Below, piece by piece: positions 1 to 10,908 of a DNA stretch of 56,541 nt. Numbering within the stretch: the stretch's first letter is position 1; each line of letters starts with the position of its first letter. Under the pieces are notes generated by a model. It was given only the letters and a program-made list of their open reading frames with translations. It was not told the DNA's origin and did not search any database. Location of the stretch: positions 1 through 56,541 of the forward strand of contig JAHBMJ010000073.1 of the NCBI GenBank assembly GCA_018398765.1. The letters run 5' to 3'. A program made the position numbers and the translations under genes. This DNA comes from Chromera velia (Eukaryota).

Positions 1-196
1 TCTGTCAGGCAAAGAAAAAGTCAACCTCCTGCGCTTTGCCCTCTTACACGCAGGCGGACGTGAACCGCGACCAGGCACGGAGGGACGTTCTTGGTAGGGA
101 TGCTGCGACTGTCAGGCAAAGGAAGATGGCAAATGATCGATGGCAGAAGAGTCCGAGAGCTCAACCATGATCAAAGCGTCAGTCTGATGTCGCGCT

Positions 197-483
197 GAAT
201 GAGTTGGCGTTAGCAGGCTCCGCGTGCGAAAGCCGGTGTTCCTCGTCAGGCTCAGCGAGTCGGCCGATTCCGTGGGCTTAGGGCCCAAGGACCGGCCCGG
301 CCCGAATTTATCCCGACGCGGCTTCAAAAAGCGGCGAGACAGGAATAAATTCGACCTCTCGACTGACCGATTCGATCAAAAGCTGGAGAAAACAGTTAAG
401 TCGTACTTAACTAGCCAAGAACTCCACCTCTCGCTCTCATCGCGACGGACTCGATTCTTAAATCGAGATCCTTTTTTGTTTGC
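197..483 (+). repeat. Direct repeat A, copy 1 (287 bp)
   Basis: Ungapped match to 9875-10161 with about 14 substitutions by manual alignment. Confidence 0.95.
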
Positions 484-525
484 GCGATCTTACGCGATCT
501 GATATGACGTCACAACGTTACTCAC

Positions 526-1424
526 CCACATTGTCATACAGTAACTCACACAGTTGCCGCATTCCTGACTAGGCTCAGCCCTTTCCTCTTCTTTCAAGTT
601 TTCCCCCTCAGGAGCGCCACAAACACAATGGCGTCGCTCCTCAGGAGCCTTGGTCGCCCTGCCACCAGGCAGCATTGGTCACTTCCATACACCAAAGAGC
701 CACTTCGCTAACGCCTCACGCAGGGAAGCAGAATAGGCGTATCCCCAAGATCGCTTTGAATTTTTTGCCATCACAGCGGCTTCCTGTCGGCAGCCTCCTG
801 CATGGCAGCCTCCATCTGAGGGAGGCATTCTGGTAGGAACTGCAGACTTCCATGAGGTCTGTGCATTTATCGCAAACCTCGCTTACTTATCCGGCATCAG
901 ACCGCAAGAGCAGGTCTTGCCATCTCCGTCAGACAAACCAAACAGACCGATCACATCGTTCTTGAGGGAAGACGTCAGAAGCAAGGCCACGACCCTCTTC
1001 ACGTCACATACTCTCGTGCCTAAATTTTCTAAAGACAGAGAGGGACAGAGTCGGACAGAGTTGATGCCATGCATTCTGCCCCCCTCTTGCAGACCAGAGA
1101 CGACGGTCTGAGGAGAGGTACGAAGCAACAGTCATGTACCGAGAGAGACCACGCAGGCATCGGCAAATGCAGATCCAAAGCGGCCAGTCAATTGCTAAAC
1201 GTGCACGTCGAGCCCATCAGCTCTTACTTAGAAAGTCAAGAGGCTTTCTGTGAACCAGAGGAGGTCACCTCCGGTTGAGCGCACATAGGCACTGCACATT
1301 CGTAGCAGACATACTCTGCATGACGGTGCATGGCACACCTGGAAGGTGGCCACGCCTCATATTCTTGCCAATTCGCACTGCCTTCTGGCCTAAGCTTGAG
1401 AGAATGTGCCAGCTTTGAAAGCAC
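526..1424 (-). pseudogene. Decayed Cys-rich coding frame with zinc-finger-like motifs
   Basis: ORFs 883-1128 and 490-675 share one frame interrupted by TAA (885-883) and TGA (681-679); ends CVCG...CGNC..C at a GTGAGT donor (525). Upstream ORF 1236-1424 in another frame has the B-box-like CAMH...CYEC...C. Confidence 0.45.
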
Positions 1425-1687
1425 ACGAGCTTCGATCCGTCAATATCTATGATACCAATGACAGACATTGAATTTCTCACACCTAATTTCTTGAAAGACG
1501 GAGAAGCACAGAGGCCAAAAAAGTGAATCCGATGCATCCTGTCGGCTCTTGCAGGCCTAAGCACACCGCAACCGATGTTCACAGTTGGAGGAGGGCGCTG
1601 CATTCTCCCTTCCTATTTACTGACTGTGCGGCTGGTAGTTACCGTAGACTAGCGATCTCTCCCTCACTTCAGGTGGATTATTTTTTG

Positions 1688-2774
1688 TGACAGAGAAGAG
1701 CAGCGGCCTCTCATCCATATCATGACTGCCGCAGCAGGCAAAGGAGAGTATCAACCTCTCCTCCCCTCGTTTTCGATCGAGGATAGCAGCGGCCTCCTAG
1801 GGGCCTCTGATTCATGTTTCTTCCACGGTAGACCGTCGCAGAACGAAGCAGCCATGCAGCCCTCACCCCCTCAGTGGCGTCGTTTCAGTCACGAGACAGA
1901 AGCAGAATCTCGCTCGATTCACGTCTGCCACAGCAGCCAGAAGAGAGTAATGGTCTCTCCAATTTTCTCTGCCTCTTCAGTTATATCGTTCCAACAACAG
2001 AGTGGCGGTCTCTCACCTGCTTCAGTTCTGCCACAGCAGTCTCTTGACAAACAAAGGAGAGCAACGTCTCCCCCCCTCCCCCCCCCATCCAGTCATGTCG
2101 TCTCCAACACAGTGTCAGGAGAGCGGTGGCTTCTCCTTTCATTCAATGCCATTCTTGCGGGGGCAGCCACAGGAGGACAACAGTCTCTCCTTCGGTTTCT
2201 ATTAACGATGCAGACGCTGTGGGAGACCAGCAGCATCGGTCTTCCCCTCCTTCCGGTCTGTCATTCAATGCAGCGCCCCCTGGATCGAAGAGCGACAGTC
2301 TCTTCCTCCAGTCACGTCTGTCGATGCACTGCCAGACAGAAAAGAACAATATCCTCTCCCTCCCGTCAGTTTGATCGCTACAAACAGAGGAGAGCTATAT
2401 TCTCCCTCCGTTCTGTTCTGTCACAGCAGACAGAGGAGAGCAACATTCCTCTTCTTCCTTCCCATTCTGCCACAGCAGACAAAGGAGAGCGGCAGTCTCT
2501 CCCTCCATTCCGTTCTGTCACAGCAAACAGAGGAGAGCGGCAGTCTCTCCCTCCTTCCAGTTCTATCGCAAGAGACAGAGGAGAGCAGTAGTCTCTCCCT
2601 CCATCCCGTTCTGTCTTAGCAGACAGAGGAGAGCAACACTCCTCTTCATCCTTCCCGTTCTGCCATAGCAGACAGAGGAGAGCGGCAGTGTCTTCCTCCA
2701 TCTCGTTCTGTCATAGCAGACAAAGAAGAGCAGCAGTTTCTCCCTCCTTCCAGTTCTGTCGCAAGAGACAGAGG
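1688..2774. repeat. 48-bp double-hairpin tandem array, left part (degenerate toward the 5' edge)
   Basis: Units like ACAGCAGACAGAGGAGAGCGGCAGTCTCTCCCTCCATCCCGTTCTGTC; clear from about 2330, degenerate before. Confidence 0.85.
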
Positions 2775-4339
2775 CTATGGGGAGGCGCTCGGAAATATAG
2801 ATGTGGTCGTCGAACGACTTTGTAGTAGCAATCTAAGCTCTAAAACATTTAAAATAAACTCCAAACTTATTTTATAAGCAAAAGAAGTTCTAAAAAACAA
2901 AACAATGACACTTTTAGAGTATTGGTTGAAGGTTCTTACTCGCTTTGAGCTTAAAAACTATACGTTTCCACCTCTAGGTTCTTAGGTTCCTAGAACCTAG
3001 GTTCTAGCTTTCTCAGTCTGACCCTCCAAGAACCCCAAAAAACCCGTCCAAAACCAGTTATGAAACATTAAACACGATGAAAATATTCAAAAGTTTGTCT
3101 ACCAATCCGACTGGAAAACATTGGAAAAGGACTGTGGGAGGTAGAGGGAAAACGTTGAAAAAAAGGGGGGGGCATTGAAGATGATGAGTGGGTGGTAATG
3201 GATGTAGAGATCCCCATTAAGTTGGATGACACACCAGAGGGAGAAGAACTCAAAAGTTTATGAGAGCAGATTCAAACAAAAGACGTAGCACAAGAACAGT
3301 CCCTTTCTGTCTTTACACGAGCGATGACGACACCTGAAGAGAAGCAAGGGGGGGTGACAGAGGTTGTCTCCTTTGAAGTACCAAACTGTGGTATAATGCG
3401 GTTGAGTGCGGTTTGTACTCTCTTGTATCAAGAAAAGTTGTCAAACGATCGGGGGGTGAGAGTGCGTACGAAGTCCTACAGTCAGGCATTGATTTGGAAA
3501 GGCGAGAATTCTCTCATGGTGGGACAACTCGTAGCATGTCAGTATGATGAGGGTGAGAGTTTGGAGAGAAAACTCAGTTGGTACGTTTCCAAGGTAGTGA
3601 ACATTTTGTCGTGAAATGACAAGAAGAAAGCTTTTGAGCCCTTAGGGTTGTGAGCGATTGCACACATCGAAGATAAAGAAATTTGTACCGGATTGCTGTG
3701 TATATATATCTTGAGTCCGACGAGGCTTCGACCGACTTAGCCGACATGCGCCCTTTCTCTCTCCTTTAGCAGTTAGGCCGAAACAGAAAGCCTAAAAAGA
3801 TTCGTGTCAATAACGTCCCACTTTTTTCTATGTTCTTTTACATTCAGCATGCGCATAAAATGAATGAAACCGTCTTTATGAAAGATGAAGAGCTTGCTTG
3901 TCTTGTAAGTCTGTTTGAAGAGAAGAAAAAGCGAGTTAACAGCTGAGTTTTATGATTTTGATGGTCAATTTTGGCATATGTAAGCATCTGTCTTATTTGT
4001 TTAGATCATTTTAATCATCTCAATTAGTTTTTTAATCTTTCTAAAGCTTTAGGGGGGGGTTCTTCATGGTTCTTACAGGTTTTTATCTAGGTTCTTAGAA
4101 CCTAGGTTCTAGCGGTTTCTCTAGAGAGTAAGAACCAAATGATGGAGACACCACTTTGACACAATGTAGACTTGATTCTTCTTTAAAAAACCTTTAAAAA
4201 TCTGAAAGAACGTGACATTAACAAGTCTGAAAAAGCAAAAAACAGTGTTAGAACCTATTAAAACCTATGTTATATCATCTTCAATTACAGCATAAACATG
4301 TACGGTACTAGGGTTCTACCTAGCAGTGCTGCCCCGTAG
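2775..4339. mobile_element. 1565-bp AT-rich DNA transposon relic with short TIRs and 8-bp TSD
   Basis: GACAGAGG duplicated at 2767-2774 and 4340-4347; left end CTATGGGGAGGCGCT vs reverse complement of right end CTACGGGGCAGCACT (11/15); removal restores a satellite unit. Confidence 0.88.
3090..3614 (+). pseudogene. Decayed ORF inside the TIR element
   Basis: The frame of ORF 3324-3614 extends upstream (KVCLPIRLENIGKGLWEVEGKR*KKGGGIEDDEWVVMDVEIPIKLDDTPEGEELKSL*EQIQTK...) through two TGA stops; product unrecognised. Confidence 0.5.
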
Positions 4340-7300
4340 GACAGAGGAGAGCAGCAGTCTCTCCCTCCATCTCGTTCTGTCTTAGCAGACAGGGGAGAGC
4401 AACATTCCTCTTCCTCCTTTACGTTCTGTCACAGCAGTCTGAGACAAACGAGAGCGGCAGTCTCTCCCTCTATCCCGTTCTGTTACAGCAGGCAGAAGAA
4501 TTTCAAAGCGGCAGTCTCTCCCTCCTTGCAGTTCTGTCACAAGAGATAGAGGAGAGCAATATTCTCTCCCTCCATCTCGTTCTATCTCAGCAGACAGAGG
4601 AGAGCAACATCCTTTCCCTCCATCCCGTTTTGTCACAGCAGATAGAGGAGAGCGGCAGTCTCTCCCTCCTTCTGGTTCTGTCATAGCAGACAGAGGAGAG
4701 CGGCAGTCTCTCCCTCCATCCCGTTCTGTCACAGCAGACAGAGAAGAGCGGCAGTCTCTCCCTCCATCCTGTTCTATCATAGCAGACAAAGGAGAGCGGC
4801 AGTCTCTCCCTCCTTCCCGTTTCTGTCACAGCAGACAAAGGAGAGCAGCAGTTTCTCCCTCCATCCCGTTCTGTCACAGCAAACAAAGGAAAGCGGCAGT
4901 TGTTCCCTCTATCCCGTTTCTGTCACAGCAGACAGAGGAGAGCGGCAGTCTCTTCCTCCATTCTGTTCTGTCACAGCGGACAGAGGAGAGCGGGAGTCTC
5001 TCCCTCCTTCCGGTTCTGTCACAGACTCACAGCAGGCAGAGGAGAGCGGCAGTCTCTCCCTCCTTCCGGTTCTGTTATATGCAGCAGACAGAGGAGAGCG
5101 GCAGTCTCTCCCTCCTTTCCAGTTCTGTCACAGCAGACAGAAGAGAGCGACAGTCTCTCCCTCCTTCCGGTTCTGTTACAGAAGGCAGAGGAGAGTGGCA
5201 CTCTCTCCCTCCTTCCGGTTCTGTCTCAGCGGATAGAGGAGAGCGGCAGTCTCTCCCTCTATCCCGTTCTGTTATAGCAGGCAGAAGAATTTCAAAGCGG
5301 CAGTCTCTCCCTCCTTCCAGTTCTGTCATAGCAGACAGAGGAGAGCGGCAGTCTCTCCCTCTATCCCGTTCTGTTACAGCAGACAGAGGAGAGCGGCAGT
5401 CTCTCCCTCTATTCTGTTCTGTCAAAGCAGACAGAGGAGAGCGGCAGTCTCTCCCTCCATCCCGTTCTGTCTTAGCAGACAGAGGAGAGCGGCAGTCTCT
5501 CCCTCCATCCCGTTCTGTCTCAGCAGACAGAGGAGCATGACAGTCTGAGACTCTCCCTCCATTCTGTTCTGTCTCAGCAGACAGAGGAGAGCGGCAGTCT
5601 CTCCCTCCATCCCGTTCTGTCACAGCAGATAGAGGAGAGCGGCAGTCTCTCCCTCCTTCCCGTTCTGTCACAGCAGATAGAGGAGAGCGGCAGTCTCTCC
5701 CTCCTTCCCGTTCTGTCACAGCAGACAGAGGAGAGCGGCAGTCTCTCCCTCCATCCAGTTCTGTCTCAGCAGACAGAGGAAAACAATATCCTCTCCCCTC
5801 TTTCAGTTTATCGTTGCACACGGAGGAGAACAACATTCCTCTTCCTCCTTTTCGTTCTGTGACAGCAGACAGAGGAAAGCAGCAGTCTCTTCCTCCTTCC
5901 CATTCTGTCACAGCAGACAGAGAAGAGCACTATCCTCTCCCTCCAGCCCGTTCTGTCACTGTGACGGTGACAGCAGACAGAGGTGAGCAGCATCCTCTCC
6001 CTCCATCCCGTTTTGTCACAGCAGACAGAGGAGAGCGGCAGTCTCTCCCTCCTTTCAGTTTGTTGCAAGAGACCGGGGAGAGCGGCAGTCTTTCCCCCGC
6101 AAGAGACAGAGGAGAGCAACATCCTCTGTGTTCTTCCAGTTTGTCGTTGCACACGAAGGAGAGCCACATCCTCTTCCTCCTTTCCGTTCTATCACAGCAG
6201 ACAGAGGAGAGCGGCCGTCTCTCCCTCCTTCTAGTTCTGTCACAGCAGGCAGAGGAGAGCAGCAGTCTCTCCCCCTTTCCACTTCTGTCATAAGAGACCA
6301 AGGAGAGCAATATTCTCTGCCTCCTTCCAGTTTGTCGTTATACATGGTGGAGAGCAACATCCTCTTTCTCCTTTCCGTTCTGTCACAGCAGATAGAGGAG
6401 AGCAACAGTCTCTCCCTCTTTCCAGTTCTGTCATAGCAGGCAGAGGAGAGCGGCAGTCTCTCCCCCCTTCCACTTCTTTCGCAAGAGACAGAGGAGAGCA
6501 ACATCCTCTGTCTCCTTCCAGTTGTCGTTACATATGGAGGAGAGCAACACTCTCTTCCTCCTTTCTGTTCTGTCACAGCAGACAGAGGAGAGCAACATCC
6601 TCTCCCTCTTTCAATTCCTTCTTTAGATATCTGTCGATGAAGATGGAAGAAGGCAGCAGTCTATGCTTCCATCCTATTCTGTTGAGGAAGACAAAGGAGA
6701 ACAGCAGTCTCTGCCTCCATCCCAACGTGTCACGGCAGACAGAGGAGAACGACAGTTCTCCCTCAGTTTTGTTCTATCATTGCAGATAGAGGAGAGCGGC
6801 GGTCTTCCCTTGGTTCCATTCTATCCGAAAGACAGTAGAGAGCAGGACTCTCTCCTTCAGACTGAGTCCTGTTTGGTCTTTAGAAAACAGAAGACAGCAA
6901 CATTCTCTCCCTCCTTTCCATTCTGTCTCTAAAGACAGAAGAGAGCAACAGTCTCTCCCTCAGTAACTGTTCTGTGGGATTCAGTCAGAAGACAGAGGAG
7001 AGCGGCACTCCCCTCTTCTATCCCGTTCTGCCGAGGACGACACGCATAAGAGAATAGAGGAGATAGAATCTGTGAAGGAAGACAGAGAAGAGCAGCAGTC
7101 TCGGTCTCCATCCCGTTCAGTTGTAGCAGACAGAGGAGAGCAACATTCTCTCCATCCTTTCAGCTCCGTCGAAGGAGATGGAGGAGAGCAACATTCTCTC
7201 TCCCCTTTCAATTCTGTTTTAGGTTCTGTTAAAGAAGACAAAGGAGGGCAGCAGTCTCTGCCTCCCACTCCGTTCCATCAAGAAAGATAGAGGAGTCTCA

Positions 7301-9420
7301 GAGCATGAAGAAATCACATCAGAAGGCTCTCCCTCCTTTCAGCTAGCCTTTTAGTTCAGAACTGTCGAAGAAGGGAGAACAGAGCAGCGATCGATCTGCC
7401 TCAACTGTCAGCTTGAGGTCTGTCGATGCAGATAGAGAAGAGCATCAGTCGCCTACTCCGACTAGGTCTGTCGACACAAACAGAGGAGCCTGAAAACATA
7501 CAGCAGTCGCTTCCTCCTCAGAAAGTCTCCGTCTGGTCGAAGTAGATAGAGGAGGACAGCAGTCTCTCCCATCGTTCAGTTCTGTTTGTGAAGACAGAAG
7601 AAAACGGAAGTCTCTCCCTCAGTTCCGTTCTGATTTAATTCGTTCCGTTTATGAGGACAGAAGAGAGCAAGACTCTCTTCCTCAGTTCCGTTCTGTCGGT
7701 AATGGCAGTAGAGAGCAGGACTCTATCCCTCAGTTCTATTCTGTCTGTGAAGACCGCAGAGAGCAGGACTGAGTCTCGTTAAACAAATCTCCTCGATCTG
7801 TCTGTAAAGATAGCAGAGAGCAGCAAGCTCCTCCTCAGTTTGAAGATTCGTTCTGTCTATAAGGCCAGAAAAGAATAACGGTCTCACGGGCAGGCGAGCT
7901 TCCCTCCTCTCACTTCTGTCAGTGAAGATAGAGGAGAGCATCATTTCCTCTCAGCATCGATTTCTGCCGACAAAGCACGACGAAGGCAGACGAGAGCATT
8001 ATTGTCTCCCTGAGGCTCCATTCAGGTCTGTCAACACAGACAGAAGAAAACAATGTATGTTACTGTAGTCTTCCTTCATGCAGACTGGGCCTCAGTAACA
8101 GTTACTGTTGCGTTCTGTTGGCGAAAACAGAAGAGAGTCACAGTTTTTCCCTCACTTCCGTTCCGCCTCTGAAGAAAGAAGAGAGCAAGAGTCTCTTCCT
8201 CAGCCTGGTCATTCTCTGAAGGCAGACGAGAGCAGCAGTCTCTCACTCAGTTCTGAGGCTTTCTGTGACAGTCAGCGAAGACAGAAACGAACAGCACTCT
8301 CTCCCCCAGTTCCGGTCGGTCTGTGAAGCCAGATCCCCCACATGCAGTTCCGTTCTGTCTCTTAAAACAGAAGCGGACACTGTCAAGAGTTAGCAGCGGT
8401 CTCTCCCTCTGATACAGTTTCGTTCAGTCTCTCAAGACAGAAGAGAGCAGCAATATGTCTTTCAGTCCCGTTCAGCGCGCCGTTCAGTCTCTGAAGACAA
8501 AAGTAGACAGAAGATAGCAGTGGTTTCTCCCTCTGACTGAGTAATAGACTGTTTCGTTCTGTATGTTTCTCAAGATAAAAGAGAGCACTGCTGCTGCAGC
8601 AGTCCCTCTCAGTCCCTTTCTCAGTTCCGTTCAGTCTGTGAAAACGAAAAAGAACGCTAGAAAGAATGGCTGACTTAAGCAGTCCCTCCCTAAGCTTTAT
8701 TCTGTCAATGAAGACAGAAGAAGGCAGCAAGAGAATCTGATTCTATTTCAGACGAGCCTCTCCTTTAAGTGGTACTTGAAGGTTTGATCTGGCAATGAAG
8801 ACAGAGGAATCTCAGAGCAGCACTCCCTTTCCGTGTCGAGTTCCGCCAACAAAGGCTGGTGAGAGCGGTAGGGTCTGAGGTCTCTCTCCAATGGCATTCA
8901 AACAGGAGAGAACAGAACTCTCATCTCCTGCTCCTCCTACTCTGTTCCAGTATGGCCGACAGAGTCTGACGCTGAGGAGAGTGTTACAAACACACGTTTC
9001 TTCTTCCATTCCTGTCTGTCGAGCCAGACAGAAGAGAAGTCAACACTATCAGCAGTATCTCATAATTGCGTTCAGTCTGTCATTCTAGACAGAGGCTAGA
9101 GACAGAGGAGAATAACAGCTGCCTTTAGCTACCTTATCCTCTATTTGGTCGATGGAAACAGAAGAGGACACGCCCTTCATGTTTGTTGAGGCACTCGAAG
9201 GTCTTTTAGAGAGAAACATTCTCTTCCTCCAGTTAGGTCAGAGACTCTGTTGACGAAGCCTTACAGTATCACAGAGGAGGATAACGCGCCTTCCTTTCGT
9301 TCAGGTCTGTCAATAAAGACAGAAAAGAGTATCCTACTTCTCAGAAGCTCTGCAGGGATTCAGTTTCCCTATATAGGCAGAAACATAGGAAGAGTCAGGA
9401 AGATAACAGTTTCGATCAAA
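4340..9420. repeat. 48-bp double-hairpin tandem array, main part
   Basis: Homogeneous 48-bp units 4340 to about 6600 (explains the 16-aa repeat ORFs on both strands), progressively degenerate to about 9420. Confidence 0.92.
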
Positions 9421-9437
9421 TGCAGTCAATTGAAGTA

Positions 9438-9716
9438 GACACTGTTACACACTCTCTCAAAAGAGCACCATTATATCCCATATGTATTTTAGAACAATAC
9501 GGTTTAAGCGTTCTTAAACGCTATGGTCTATACACTAGACTTTTGAGACTGTTTTATAGTAATCCCAAATTGCATATGGGCCAGACTCGTTCTTTTGCTA
9601 GACGCCAGTATCATACATTAAGCCCCGTTACCCCCAGAGACTTTTCGCGGGTATATAGAGGCCTCACCGATAGCGAGTATTTGGGGGGTTACGGTTCAAG
9701 TCGTCCAAATATATAA
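9438..9716 (+). pseudogene. Possible C-terminal remnant of a tyrosine recombinase
   Basis: THSLKR...LKRYGLYT...FY resembles the HxxR / GH / catalytic Y region of tyrosine recombinases and lies just upstream of and into repeat B1. Short and weak. Confidence 0.3.
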
Positions 9717-9879
9717 GCAGATCGCAAAACGATCCGCGTTATATCGGTCTGACTAGTCCTGCTTGCGTGCTAGTGAGCCTCAAATGGCTTCCAAGCCGCA
9801 GTCACCACATCCATCAGCAAAGGCCTCCAATATACCCAAGCCTAGCGGCTATCTACGATATAACAGCCTGCGAGGAATG
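9682..9879 (+). repeat. Direct repeat B, copy 1 (198 bp)
   Basis: Ungapped match to 10291-10488 (offset 609), 21 substitutions, all transitions. Confidence 0.95.
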
Positions 9880-10161
9880 AGTTGGCGTTAGCAGGCTCCG
9901 CGTGCGAAAGCCGGTGTTCCTCGTCAGGCTCAGCGAGTCGGCCGATTCCGTGGGCTTAGGGCCTAAGGACCGGCCCAGCCCGAATTTATCCCGACGCGGC
10001 TTCAAAAAACAGCGAGACGGGAATAACTTCGACCTCTCGACTGACCGATTTAATCAAAAGCTGGAGAAAGCAGTTAAGTCGTACTTAACTAGCTAAGAAC
10101 TCCACTTCTCGCTCTCATCGCGATGGAGTTGATTCTTAAATCGAGATCCTTTTTTGTTTGC
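9875..10161 (+). repeat. Direct repeat A, copy 2
   Basis: Match to 197-483; overlaps B1 by GAATG. Confidence 0.95.
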
Positions 10162-10290
10162 CCTCCCTCCCACCTCTTTTCCCCCTTCTTAGTCGTGGGC
10201 AACCATACATACACCCCACTCATCCATCTAGCAGACTAGATCTGTCCGCACGGGTTGATCGCGGTGGTGGTGTTAGCTACGACTTTCTCA

Positions 10291-10488
10291 TAGGGGGTTG
10301 TGGTTCAAGTCGTCCGAATATATAAGCGGATCACAAAACGATCTGCATTATATCGGTCTGACTAGTCCCGCTTGCGTACTAGTGAGCCTCAAATAGCTCC
10401 CGAGCCGCAGTCACCACATCCGTCAGCAAGGGCCTCCGATATACCTGAGCTTAGCGGCTATCTGCGATATAGCAGCCTGCGAGGAATG
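10291..10488 (+). repeat. Direct repeat B, copy 2
   Basis: Match to 9682-9879; ends GAGGAATG. Confidence 0.95.
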
Positions 10489-10554
10489 CTGTCACTGACT
10501 CACTGCCATGTCACTTGCATGCCCGTTAGATGCGGCGGCGGGCAAATTAAATTC

Positions 10555-10574
10555 GCCGTAATTTAAATTACGGC
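10555..10574. promoter_or_regulatory. Perfect 20-bp palindrome upstream of the MBL gene
   Basis: GCCGTAATTTAAATTACGGC, flanked by further imperfect inverted GC-rich arms; function inferred from position only. Confidence 0.35.
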
Positions 10575-10908
10575 AAATTTCCCCGCGCCGCGCGCGTGGG
10601 ACAGGCCGCGTGCTTTTCGCGCGTAGACCGCCCGGATACAGCCCGACCTTTCTCACTTCAAGTATGTGGATCTGATTTCAATGTGAGTCTGAGAGCAGAC
10701 CTCTCGCTTTGGTGGGCAATCTTGCTTCGCTGCGATCGAAGGCTCATTACCCATGCATTACCCAATAAGTACCTAAGTGTAGCACCATCTACTTTCGCAC
10801 AAGAGAGTAAGCATTAGTCCTTGAACCGGGCTGGATTGCTTGGTAAACACTACTTTCTTTTCGTTCGATTTGTCTTCAGACTTCGCGGTTTGACCTCTTT
10901 CCCGCACC

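Larger units (their letters stand above)
197..10488 (+). mobile_element. Putative split-direct-repeat (tyrosine-recombinase retrotransposon-like) element, non-autonomous or decayed
   Basis: Repeat A at 197-483 and 9875-10161; repeat B at 9682-9879 and 10291-10488; order A1...B1-A2-(129 bp)-B2. GAATG occurs at the left end, the B1/A2 junction and the right end. No RT/RNaseH visible; could be ends of two separate copies. Confidence 0.6.

Noticed and set aside
200..524. Solo LTR with TGAGT...ACTCA ends
   Set aside because: No TSD, similarity to the second copy stops at 483, and ACTCAC is better explained as a minus-strand splice donor.
4340..6600. Hammerhead ribozyme satellite
   Set aside because: No CUGAnGA/GAAA core in the consensus on either strand.
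4340..9420. CRISPR array or real 16-aa repeat proteins
   Set aside because: No unique spacers or cas genes; ORFs arise on both strands from a stop-poor 48-bp unit and are broken by indels.
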